From contig JBHLNF010000001.1 of NCBI GenBank assembly GCA_048937405.1, positions 512,001 to 576,000 of the forward strand: a stretch of 64,000 nt of DNA, written 5' to 3'. The stretch is from Promethearchaeota archaeon. GTDB taxonomy: Archaea; Asgardarchaeota; Lokiarchaeia; Sigyniarchaeales; SOKP01. The notes beneath the pieces were generated by a model that had not been told where the DNA came from, did not search any database, and saw nothing but the letters and a program-made list of their open reading frames with translations. The position numbers and the translations under genes are program-made. Numbering within the stretch: position 1 is the stretch's first letter; the number at the start of each line of letters is the position of its first letter. Below, in pieces: positions 19,505 to 29,600 of the stretch.

Positions 19505-20593
19505 TTAGGATTGCTTCAGTTTTCTACTTATAAGAATTGCTATAAAAGAAAAAATACCAAACAGAAAGAAAAGATTGTATCCTGAAATTAGTCCATTTTC
19601 TCTACCACAATCATTATTCTTGATATTATTATTAGCTCCACCATATTCATCTGTGATGCAATAATCGTTTCCTAATAATATGTTTCCCGTAATGGTGTTA
19701 TTATTACTATTAGCTAAAAATAATCCATATTGATTATCATTTGTAATATTTCCCGAAATTGTGTTATTATTACTAGACGATAAATGTATCCCAACAAAAC
19801 TATTATTCGCGATGTTTCCCGAGATAATGTTATTATTAGAATGAGATAAAGAAATTGACCTCCCACCAAGATTATCATTTGCGGTATTTCTAGAGAGAGA
19901 ATTATTATTGCATTCCCCTAAAATTATCCCATCAAGATTATTATTTGCGATATTTCCCGAGATAGTGTTATTATCACATGCACCTAAAATTAACCCAAAA
20001 TAAATATTGTTATTTACAGTGTTTCCCGAGATATTGTTATAATCACAAAAGCTTCCATATATCCCATTTCGATTATTATTTGCAATGTTTCCCAAAATGG
20101 AATTATTATAACTATTTAATAAATATATACCCTCATAAAAGCCATTAGAACAATTGTTCTCAATTAATTGGGCGTTTGTAACATTTAATAATCGAATTCC
20201 TTGATTAGAATAATCTCCTGAATTATAGAGCGTACAATTTTCAATCCTAAAATATACATTGGAATTCTCAATTATGATGCCACTTGTTCTTCCTCCCACA
20301 TTGATTACCAAATCTTCTATTATGTAAGGATCTGAATAAGTACCTGAACCTGTACAAATTCCTGCTTCTTTTGCAACAGACCAATTAAAGCTTGGATTGA
20401 TATCATCAATATAAATCGGTCCCGATACAGCGGAAATCTTTAAATTTTTATGAACAAATTGATCAATATAATTCGAACTTGTATTGTATTCTCTGTTTTT
20501 ATTTATAGGGTTATAGATAAAAAGAGGTGAAACAACGAAAAAGATCCCTAAAACTAATAAAATTATTAATTTTGGATTTAAAGTTGATTTCAT
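19505..20593 (-). CDS. secreted NosD-like right-handed beta-helix protein with a C-terminal Loki-CTERM-like anchor
   Basis: N-terminal TM/signal, GSGTYSDPYIIE, SNNNTISGN repeats, ISGYNLFFL..RKLK tail. Confidence 0.85.
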   Translation of the reverse strand: MKSTLNPKLIILLVLGIFFVVSPLFIYNPINKNREYNTSSNYIDQFVHKNLKISAVSGPIYIDDINPSFNWSVAKEAGICTGSGTYSDPYIIEDLVINVGGRTSGIIIENSNVYFRIENCTLYNSGDYSNQGIRLLNVTNAQLIENNCSNGFYEGIYLLNSYNNSILGNIANNNRNGIYGSFCDYNNISGNTVNNNIYFGLILGACDNNTISGNIANNNLDGIILGECNNNSLSRNTANDNLGGRSISLSHSNNNIISGNIANNSFVGIHLSSSNNNTISGNITNDNQYGLFLANSNNNTITGNILLGNDYCITDEYGGANNNIKNNDCGRENGLISGYNLFFLFGIFSFIAILISRKLKQS

Positions 20594-20860
20594 TCTGATT
20601 TCATTTATTTTTGATAAATTATATTGAAAAAAAAAAAGATTAGATATTATTTAAGATTAACTTAAGATATTTAGTATATTGACTTATTTTAGATTCATGG
20701 AATATATCAGATCCAAATACCTAATTTTAAGAATAACATGATCGAGTCTTTTCAAATTTTGTAAGTGATTTAATTCCATTTTAATTTCACTAAAAAATAA
20801 ATTACTTAATTAATCTATACCACTCATTTTTAAATAAATTTAAGTTCTTGTAAAACATAT

Positions 20861-21481
20861 ATGAAATCAATGGTTGCTAAAGACAGTGAAAGTGAAATTG
20901 AGAAATTATCACAGATGCTTAGTAAATTACAAGAGATCTATTATAAAAAAAAAGAGCAACTCACAGAATTAGAATTGGAAATAAATGAATTAAGAGAAGT
21001 TATAAATTTTTTAGGGTCTCTAATATCCGGAAAATCATTTCACAGAGCAGATGAGCTTTACTCAAAAGAAATTCTTAATAAGACAAGCATTTCTGATGAA
21101 GACCAATATTTTGTAGAAGAAATACCTAAAAAGAAAGTTGAAGGAACAAATATAAAAAGGAAGATTTTTTCCAAAAGAAAAGGGAAGGATGATGAGTTGT
21201 TATGCATCTTAAATTTCTATGACCTTAATAATGTAAAGATAAAGATAATCAATCCCGTTAAAAGAAAGATAAAGGAAACTTCTGAAGACTTTATACATAT
21301 TTTTTTAAAAGGAGGACTTATTAAAATTAAAGAAAATAATCCAGATCTTACCTTAAAATATGAACACTTTAAAAATACTGAATTTATCGAACAAATTAAT
21401 ATTAATAATTTAAGAACGATAAATGAGTATGACATTATTACCTCAAAAATGAGAGAACTTTTGGCAAAAGAAATTGAATAA
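20861..21481 (+). CDS. hypothetical protein with an N-terminal coiled coil
   Basis: 206-aa ORF; heptad-rich N-terminus. Confidence 0.7.
   Translation: MKSMVAKDSESEIEKLSQMLSKLQEIYYKKKEQLTELELEINELREVINFLGSLISGKSFHRADELYSKEILNKTSISDEDQYFVEEIPKKKVEGTNIKRKIFSKRKGKDDELLCILNFYDLNNVKIKIINPVKRKIKETSEDFIHIFLKGGLIKIKENNPDLTLKYEHFKNTEFIEQININNLRTINEYDIITSKMRELLAKEIE
21434..21475 (+). repeat. 42-bp direct repeat, copy 1 (3' end of CDS 20861..21481)
   Basis: ATTATTACCTCAAAAATGAGAGAACTTTTGGCAAAAGAAATT; 41/42 identical to 23776..23817. Confidence 0.92.
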
Positions 21482-21820
21482 TTAACTTGAACCTTCTCCC
21501 TTGTTTTTATCTGTTTAAAATAATTTAAATTGAAAAATTTGAAATCATTGAATTAAATAAATTTTAAATAATTAGTTTCAAATTTAAGAAAAATAGAGAT
21601 TAAATTTAGTCTATAGGAATAAAACAGAGCAAATTGATTAATTTGATAAATATTAAAGTCAATTATTTTTCTATCTTTTTCTCTATTTCTTTCATTAGAC
21701 TCAATAAGAAAATATAACTAAAAAACTGGACTACATATTTCTTTAATATGTATTCACTTGATATTTAAATAACTTGCATTTCAAAAATTTGAACTAGAAT
21801 AATATTCTTATATCTAAAAA

Positions 21821-23596
21821 GTGAAAACTCACATGAAAAAGAGATATATGATATTTTTTATTTTCATTAGTTTTTTTATATTAAATTCATTAAAAAGTCG
21901 ATTAAATACTGCTGATATTTCATGTCTAAATTTCAAAATAAGAAATGATTATGGAGTGTATTTTGGCAATAATGAAGATCATGGTATTCTCCAAATTTCT
22001 AATACTGTTATAACTTTTGTGCCGAAAGGCTCAGTATGGTATGATGGCTCAACAATAATGTATGGTGCTGCTATACTTGGCTATACTAATGTAAGTGGAC
22101 TTAGCTGGTTTCAAGGTGGGATGAATGAAAAGGGATTAGCATATGATTCAACATCTGTCCCTCACACAACACCAAATTATCATAGTGAGAGACCGCAGAA
22201 TTTAGTACCAGAATTATTCAGTTGTGAAACAATAACTGAAGTTATTGATTATAAATTATCACATGGAGTTTATCAACAAGAGGGGAGCATTCAATCTATG
22301 TTTCTTGATGTCACAGGGGAATCTGTAGTGTTCAACATAGGATTAGATGGTGAATTTGATTTTTTCCGTAATAATGACACTTTTCAATTAGCTTCTAATT
22401 ATTATTTTAATAATACTTCACGAGGTAATCCAAGTTCAGATGCAATTAGAAGATATAATGCTGCGGAACAAAAACTTAAAGATATTAATGTAAATTATTC
22501 GATATCAATAGACTCTATCACAAATGTTTTAGATGCAGCTCATTTTGAAGGACCACTTGTAAATACCTTATATTCGAATATTTTTGATGTAGAAAACGGC
22601 ATCATTTATCTATATTTTTTTCATCAATTTGGAGAAGTTGTAACATTAGATCTTGAAGAAGAATTAGCGAAAGGATGGCATTCTTATCGAATTTGTGATT
22701 TGTTTTCACAGGATCTTGTAGATAAAGCATTAAATGAATATCACAATTATTCAATTTTGATACGTTTTTTTCCAACGGATATAGCATTTTTATTTGTGAT
22801 TATTATGTTTGATATAATTATTTGTATATACTCAGTATTTCTAATTATTAAGAGATTATTCCATAAAATCGATAAGTCTAAGCAAGAATATAGGCTTAAA
22901 ACGGATATGGACACATCTAAAGGACTACGTTGCCAAATTTTTATTTCCTTAGGTATAATTTGGTCTTTTTTAAGCTTCTCGATGATCTATTGGAATCATT
23001 CTGGAGAATGGTGGCCATTTTTTGATGATATTCCTATTTTGCAATTGCCTCTCCTACCCTTTTATGCCTTTCATAATTTCTTCCTATTAATTAGTATACT
23101 AAGCATTTTTTTAATTGCCTTTCTATTATATTCATTTAGCAACAAAGGAGAGTTAATTTTATTAATAAAAAGTGGTTTAACTCTTGGACAAGAGAACAAA
23201 TGGAAACATATAGTTAACTTTAGTATTCCAATATTAATCGGTATTGTATTTCTCATCCTAGAACTATTCAACTTCATTTCTAAGGTAGATTGGCTCATGT
23301 TCATAATAATGTATCCTTTAATAGTAGTTATGTTAATGATCCTCATTCCATTAGCCAAAAAGAAGTCAGTTAAAGACCAAAATGAACCTAAAGATAGATC
23401 AAGGATATATCTGATAAAAACAAGTGTTTTTCTAATTTTAACATGGGCAATTTGGTTTTTACCACTTCTTTTAACGGGAATCTTGGATCATATGTATATT
23501 TTATTACTGTTGAACTTATCTATATCTTTAGTTATTGTTACCTGTATTGAAATTTTTATTAATTATCGAAAGCATAGAGAAAATAGTAGCAGATAA
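21821..23596 (+). CDS. Ntn-hydrolase (C45/choloylglycine hydrolase-like) extracellular domain plus a multi-pass membrane domain
   Basis: Signal-like N-terminus, SCLNF nucleophile, FGNNED, GGMNEKGL, TLYSNIFD; about 7 TM helices at the C-terminus. Confidence 0.75.
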   Translation: MKTHMKKRYMIFFIFISFFILNSLKSRLNTADISCLNFKIRNDYGVYFGNNEDHGILQISNTVITFVPKGSVWYDGSTIMYGAAILGYTNVSGLSWFQGGMNEKGLAYDSTSVPHTTPNYHSERPQNLVPELFSCETITEVIDYKLSHGVYQQEGSIQSMFLDVTGESVVFNIGLDGEFDFFRNNDTFQLASNYYFNNTSRGNPSSDAIRRYNAAEQKLKDINVNYSISIDSITNVLDAAHFEGPLVNTLYSNIFDVENGIIYLYFFHQFGEVVTLDLEEELAKGWHSYRICDLFSQDLVDKALNEYHNYSILIRFFPTDIAFLFVIIMFDIIICIYSVFLIIKRLFHKIDKSKQEYRLKTDMDTSKGLRCQIFISLGIIWSFLSFSMIYWNHSGEWWPFFDDIPILQLPLLPFYAFHNFFLLISILSIFLIAFLLYSFSNKGELILLIKSGLTLGQENKWKHIVNFSIPILIGIVFLILELFNFISKVDWLMFIIMYPLIVVMLMILIPLAKKKSVKDQNEPKDRSRIYLIKTSVFLILTWAIWFLPLLLTGILDHMYILLLLNLSISLVIVTCIEIFINYRKHRENSSR

Positions 23597-23775
23597 TTAT
23601 TCTCTATTATTCTTTTCTTTTTTTTTCCCATTTTTCTTTTTACCATCCTAAAGAATTATTGTTAAATTAGTAATTCATTATAGAAAAAGTAAAATAATAG
23701 TACCAAGTCAACTTCTAACATAATGGCTAATTATTCCTAGGAATAAGTTTCGAGTTTTATTGTATTGTATATAAT

Positions 23776-23817
23776 ATTATTACCTCAAAAATGAGAGAAC
23801 TTTTAGCAAAAGAAATT
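23776..23817 (+). repeat. 42-bp direct repeat, copy 2 (orphan copy of a gene 3' end)
   Basis: ATTATTACCTCAAAAATGAGAGAACTTTTAGCAAAAGAAATT; reads in frame as IITSKMRELLAKEISSIT-stop. Confidence 0.92.
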
Positions 23818-24003
23818 AGTTCCATTACTTAGATTTTCAATAATAAACCTTATAATTTTCGAGAAGAATTAATTCCGGTTAATTTAAATTAATAAGCATA
23901 AAATTATATTAAGATATTATATTGTTTTATTTAAATAAGAAAAATTAATTATACAGCAATTCTTATATATTTTATCGTTATTATCGTAAGGAGTGTTTTA
24001 ATT

Positions 24004-24816
24004 TTGGCAAAGAAAAAGACATGGCTACAAATGCCTATAATCCACTCGAAGTTTCATGATGAAAAGCTAGAGAGCGTACTAATTGAAAAATCTTTAGAAT
24101 TTTTAACTGGTGAAAAAGCTGAACCCCCCTCATTTCTGTTTCTTTCAGGAGCATTTTTTGATGTAAAATCTTTCGCTTACTCAGGATTGAGAGCATGGAA
24201 GGGGGCGGTAAAACCATCAGAAGCTAATGGTGGCAGAAGACCTGTATTAGAAGCTACTTTTGCTTCATTATCGGTATATTTAAGTTCATTACTGGCTCTT
24301 CAAGCAGATTTTTATTTTGCGTTTGATGAAATAAAAGAAATTTTATTAGAAAAAAAAAGAGAAGATCTCTGGACTATAGTCTCTGAAAAATTACCATTCA
24401 TTTCAATACCTCCAAAAGAAATGTATGGATCACAAGTATCTCCAATTTCTCCTTATTTCATAATTAAACAAGATGAAGAACTTACATTAGGAGAAATTTA
24501 CCCTTCTGCATATTTATCTCAGATTATTAAGAATATTAAAACAAGATTTTTTGTTTTTTACCAATATCAGGGATACTCCGCTTTTGGTTTCTTTAATGCA
24601 CTCCCTGAACTTAGTAAATTTGGATTTGAGGAACAAGCAAGGGAATTCAATGGAGATCCTACAGCAGAAAATTTAATAAAATATTCTCAAAAAGCAAAGA
24701 ATGTAAAAGAAATCCTAGTAGCGCTTATTAATGCACACAATAACGCTTTACTCGAACAATTCTTAATTCCTGATTATGAATTACTATTAAATAAATTATT
24801 AGAGGGTGAAGCATAA
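24004..24816 (+). CDS. hypothetical protein, co-transcribed with the small GTPase
   Basis: 270 aa; AGGAG SD before TTG; stop is 3 nt before the GTPase ATG. Confidence 0.75.
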   Translation: MAKKKTWLQMPIIHSKFHDEKLESVLIEKSLEFLTGEKAEPPSFLFLSGAFFDVKSFAYSGLRAWKGAVKPSEANGGRRPVLEATFASLSVYLSSLLALQADFYFAFDEIKEILLEKKREDLWTIVSEKLPFISIPPKEMYGSQVSPISPYFIIKQDEELTLGEIYPSAYLSQIIKNIKTRFFVFYQYQGYSAFGFFNALPELSKFGFEEQAREFNGDPTAENLIKYSQKAKNVKEILVALINAHNNALLEQFLIPDYELLLNKLLEGEA

Positions 24817-24819
24817 AAA

Positions 24820-25455
24820 ATGGTAAACATCGGACTATTAGGTGATGTCAGCGTAGGAAAAACTAGTATTCTTCGATTATTTGTTAGATATTTAAAAAAA
24901 GGAGACATTGAAAAGGTTAAAGGTGGAACTAAATGTTCTGTGGTTAAAGCAGATTTTTCTGGAGAAGCAACGGTTCCTGGAGGAGAAAAAGAAGATGCCC
25001 TTAACGAGAAAGAAACAAAAACAATTCATCCAAATAGAATTGTATTTAGGGAGGATGCAACAAATAAAGCCCATACTATTTTTGCACCTGGAGGAGATAG
25101 AGCACGTGCAGTAGTGAAAATGGGTATAATTACAATTTCACGTATCGCGACCCAAATCATAGCGGTTTTTTCTCTTGATAGAGACCTTAAGCCTCAGTTT
25201 GAATTTTTCAATGATGTTAGATTCTTCCCTGACAAAATTTACATTTGTATAAATAAAATTGATTTAGTTAAGGGAGATAAAGAGAAAAAACTTGAAGAAG
25301 TGAAAAAGAAAATAGATGAATTTTTTAAAGCTCGAAAAATAGTCATCAATGATACATTTATAACATGTGGTGAGACAATAGAAGGATTTGATGATGTTGA
25401 AACCTATAATAACCAAGTTGCAGAAATGATTCTAGAAATTACTACCAAGAATTAA
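24820..25455 (+). CDS. small Ras-superfamily GTPase with an atypical G3 motif
   Basis: G1 GDVSVGKTS, G2 KTI, G3 FAPGGD, G4 NKID. Confidence 0.85.
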   Translation: MVNIGLLGDVSVGKTSILRLFVRYLKKGDIEKVKGGTKCSVVKADFSGEATVPGGEKEDALNEKETKTIHPNRIVFREDATNKAHTIFAPGGDRARAVVKMGIITISRIATQIIAVFSLDRDLKPQFEFFNDVRFFPDKIYICINKIDLVKGDKEKKLEEVKKKIDEFFKARKIVINDTFITCGETIEGFDDVETYNNQVAEMILEITTKN

Positions 25456-25498
25456 TTTCTTATTCTCTTAATTTTAAGATATTTACAACTATCTTTTT

Positions 25499-26014
25499 TC
25501 AATTTTTTAATTTTAATGCAATTTTCAAAAATAATTTCTCTAGATCAAGTAGATATCCGATTAAAGGAGTTAAGCTAACTTTATTTAAAAGTTTATTAAT
25601 GATAACAAATCCTTTTTTTTCTAATTCTTTAAGATCTTCTAAAACACCTTTTTTTTTTCGCAATTCTTTTATTTTTTGAATAGTAGTTTCTCCTGTACTA
25701 TTAAAACAGCTTATCATGGTACAGTACAATGTGGCAGCTAATCTAGGGTTTCCTTCAAAAGGGTTTGCTGATATAATTTCTGTTGTTTCGGGATCAAAAG
25801 AAATATACCAATAAGAATTCAAGGGATTAAATCTTACTTGAAGTCCTAAAGGTTTAAGATAATTTGAAAGATTAGTTATTAAATTTTGAAAGTAAATCGA
25901 TTTATTTCTATCTTTAATATTTAAATTTTTAAGAATGACTTTTTTAGTAGCTCCAATTTGATAAATATCTGTTTTTTTACTTAATAAATGCAATAAAACT
26001 GTTATTTCATTCAT
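25499..26014 (-). CDS. KITE subunit (tandem winged helix; ScpB/Nse1/Nse3-like)
   Basis: Two WH-like segments (LITNLSNYLKPLGLQVRF..WYI; LKELEKKGFV..VSLTP); last gene of the SMC operon; ATG 26014 preferred over 26062. Confidence 0.65.
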   Translation of the reverse strand: MNEITVLLHLLSKKTDIYQIGATKKVILKNLNIKDRNKSIYFQNLITNLSNYLKPLGLQVRFNPLNSYWYISFDPETTEIISANPFEGNPRLAATLYCTMISCFNSTGETTIQKIKELRKKKGVLEDLKELEKKGFVIINKLLNKVSLTPLIGYLLDLEKLFLKIALKLKN

Positions 26015-26030
26015 TTGTAGTTCAATCCTC

Positions 26031-26678
26031 CTATAAATATAAAGTGTTAGTGTTTTTTTCATATTTTATTTTGTCTAATTGAAGTAAATGTAAGAGATAT
26101 ACAAAATTTTCAAAAATTTTCATTTGATCAACTTCATCTTCAAAAATTAATTCATATGAACAAGGTAGTTTACTTTTAATACTGTTAAAAAAAGCCATCA
26201 TTTTATCAGTAAATTGTTTTTCTGGTATTTCTAATAAAAAAGTTTCTTTTAACTTAATTTTTTCAATAGGTTCAATCTTTAATGCTTCTACTTTATTATG
26301 TACTAATCGTTCTTTTGAATTTTCAAGGAATTGCAGTGAAAGAGTGTCAATAGTAAAAGGTTCTCTCCAACAATCCTCAAAAACTTGATAAATTTCCAGA
26401 TCTTTTGGATTTGATTGTAAGAATTTTAAAAATTTATCTTGATTATCCAAATAACTAAGGAAGATTTTTAATTCTTCAAATTTTTGAATAAGCAGTTGAA
26501 ATGCATTTTCATAAGTATTTGAATACTTATTTATGTTATAAATCGTAAGAGAATCCTTTAAATTCTCAAATAACGATACTAATTCTACATCTAAAAGAGA
26601 GATCTCACCAGATAGGACCTTATTCTTAATAAGTTCAATCTTATTATTTATTTCTTCAGAAAAGTCTTTATATTCCAT
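26031..26678 (-). CDS. kleisin subunit (ScpA/Nse4-like)
   Basis: C-terminal winged helix FENFVYLLHLLQLDKI resembles kleisin cap-binding motifs; lies directly downstream of SMC. Confidence 0.7.
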   Translation of the reverse strand: MEYKDFSEEINNKIELIKNKVLSGEISLLDVELVSLFENLKDSLTIYNINKYSNTYENAFQLLIQKFEELKIFLSYLDNQDKFLKFLQSNPKDLEIYQVFEDCWREPFTIDTLSLQFLENSKERLVHNKVEALKIEPIEKIKLKETFLLEIPEKQFTDKMMAFFNSIKSKLPCSYELIFEDEVDQMKIFENFVYLLHLLQLDKIKYEKNTNTLYL

Positions 26679-26691
26679 TCTCCTTCAAAAT

Positions 26692-29600
26692 TTATTCTTT
26701 CTTCACAATTTTTGGTTTAAATACAGAAGAGACCTCCCTTTTTCCCACTCTAGCTATTCCAATCAATTTATCAGCTAATAAAAATAGCGAATTAGAGGAT
26801 TTTGGCAGAAACATGAACAATTGAATTGGATTTTTCTCTAAAGTTGATTTAATTAATTGATACACCACTTCTGAATTCTTTTCATCTAAAAACATCCCTG
26901 GTTCATCAAGCATTGAAAGTGCGGAAGGCTTAATCTCTTGAAGAGATAATATCAGACAAATTGATACTAGTGAAACTTGACCTCCACTTAGAGCAGTAAA
27001 AGATTTTAATTGCTCTTTGGAAGTAGCAGCTTTAATCTCAACTCCCAAATCTTCAAAATTTCCAGTTAATTCAAGAGAACAATAAGATTTAATTTGTGAA
27101 TCCTTAAATTTTTGATTAACTTTCTCTTGCAGATTTTCAATTACAGTACTAAATTTATTGTAATAAGTTGTCTCCATTTTGTTTTCTGCTTTTATCGCCG
27201 CTTTAATATCTTTTTCTAAGTCTGTTTGATTTTTTGTAATTTTTTTGAGAGAATTCAAAATTTGGTCCTTTTCAATTAGAATTGAATCATCAACATCTAA
27301 ATATTTAAGGAGATCTTTGTCAATATCTGAAATATCTGCTTTAATATCTTCAATTGGACGAATTTTAATAATATCTTTCGAAATTAAAGGACCTACTTCA
27401 GAATTAATTCTGATTAAATCATTTTTTTTTAATTCAAGATCTTGATTATAAGAATTTAGTTTTATATTTTCTTGTTCAAAATTTAAAGTAATTTGAATAG
27501 ATTTTCTCTCTAATTCACTTTTTCTGTTTTGTAATCCTAATATCTCCCTTTTTATATCTGAAATTTCTTTTTTAGTAATCTCAAGTTTATCTTCAACATT
27601 CTCTAATTGGCGATATATATTAAAAGCAGTTTTATCCGCTTTTTGAAATGCTTCCTTCTTTGATTGAAAATCCTTTTGAAGTAAATTTTTATCATATGAT
27701 TGTTTGTTTATTTCCTCTCTCACTGCTTTTATAAGATCATTGTTTTCGCTAAATTTTTTATCCCATTTTTTCTTTTCTTCATTTAAAAGAGCTAACTCAC
27801 TTGGAATATCGGTCAATCTATCATTCCACTTAAAAAATTCTGGATCAGTCTGGGCTTTTAGAGAATTTATTTGCAGATCTAATTCTTTAATCTCAGTTTT
27901 AATATTTGAATTAGCTTTTTCTAATTCATGCATTTGATCATATAGTTGATTCTTTTTTGCTGTAATTCTTTGTTTCTGGTTAAAATTGTAGAGAAGATCA
28001 TTAAAAGATTCCTTCTTTTGAAATATTTCTTTTTGAATAGAATCTAACTTTGCTAGATTAACCCTCATCTCTGAAATTTTTTCATTTAATGTTTTAATTT
28101 CTAACTCTAAAACCTCGGATTGTTCTTTTTGTGTTCCAGCACTTAATAATCCTTTTAACCTCTTGAGATAGGGTGTTTCATAGACATAACTATAAGAAAT
28201 TATCTGTTCTCCTTTCAAAGTAACACATTTTCCTTTGAAATCATGGGTACTATAATATTTTCTTCCAGAATGATAATCAGTAGCAACAATACAATTCTTA
28301 ATCTTTGAGTAAATAACTTTTTTGATATCAATATCTTCATTGACAAATTCAATTAATTCTGCTAAATAACCAAGGATACCATTCGTAGATATTTTATTCA
28401 TTGGCTTAATATTGATATTTTTAGGAAGGTAGATATTGCAGTATGCACCAAATTTGTCTTTCAATCTTTTTAACAAGTTTAAAGTGTCCCAATCCTCAGC
28501 AACAAAACTATAAAGTAATTTTTCCCCAAGAACAGATTCAATAGCATAGCTTAAATCATCATCATATTTTAAATAGTCGATAATTGGACCTTTTACCTTT
28601 AAACCTCTTTTATTTATCTCATCCTTGAGAACTGTAATATTTGAAGGAAGAATGACACGACGCTCTCTAAGTGAAGTCTGTAATAATTTTAACTTTTTAA
28701 ATTTTTTTGAGAGTTCAATTTCAGTTCTTTTTAATTCAGAGTCAATTTCATAAATTGCTGTTGATGTCTTATTAAGTTCTCTCTCAAGCTGAACTTGTAA
28801 ATCCTTGCTTGGATTATCCAAGAACCATTCATTTTTTTCGAGTTTATGTTCAATATCTTTAAAGCTTTGAAACAATTGACTAATTTCATTATTATAAGCC
28901 TTGATTGCTTTGTCATTCTCTTGAATTAGCTTTAAGCTTTCTTTTTTCTTAGAATTTATTTGTTCATACTTTTCCAGTAAAGCTTTGTTTTGTTCTATTT
29001 TCTTTATTAATTGATTCTGTTCCGTTATCAATTTATCTATTTGTAATCCTTTACTTTTACTTTCGGCTTTTATTATTTTTATTTCATTTTCTAAACTTAC
29101 TTTCTGTTTTTCGAAATTATTGATTATTTTTTGAATTTCATTAATCCTATTTGATAAAGTGTCTAACTCTTGTTTGGCTTGGACTTTATCTTTTTGCCAA
29201 TTTTGAATTTTTTCAATTAAATCTTGTTTTTTATAGTCTAACTCGCCCAATTGTTTTGAAAGCTCATTTATGACTTGTTGTTTATCTATAATTTTATTAG
29301 ATAGAGCATTTATTTCTCTCTCTGAACCTTCTTTTAATTTTTTTATTCTCTCTAAATCTAATTTAACATTTGTAACTTTTTCTTCTATATCGATTATTTC
29401 TTTCTCTAATTTATCTTTATTGGCCCATAGTAATTCATCACTAAATTTCTTCTTAATATCTAATAATTTATTTTTTTGTTCTAAACGTTCTAATTTAGGA
29501 TTTAAGAGTTCCAAGCTAATATTTAATGTATTTTTCCTACTTTTCAATGAATGTAGATCGTTATTTAATTCATAAACACTTCTTTTCTGATGTACAATCT

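Noticed and set aside
19650-20110. Regularly spaced near-repeats (..TTTCCCGAGATA.TGTTATT..) with a period of about 66 nt
   Set aside because: They encode the SNNNTISGN beta-helix repeats of the NosD-like protein; they are degenerate at third codon positions and are not a CRISPR array
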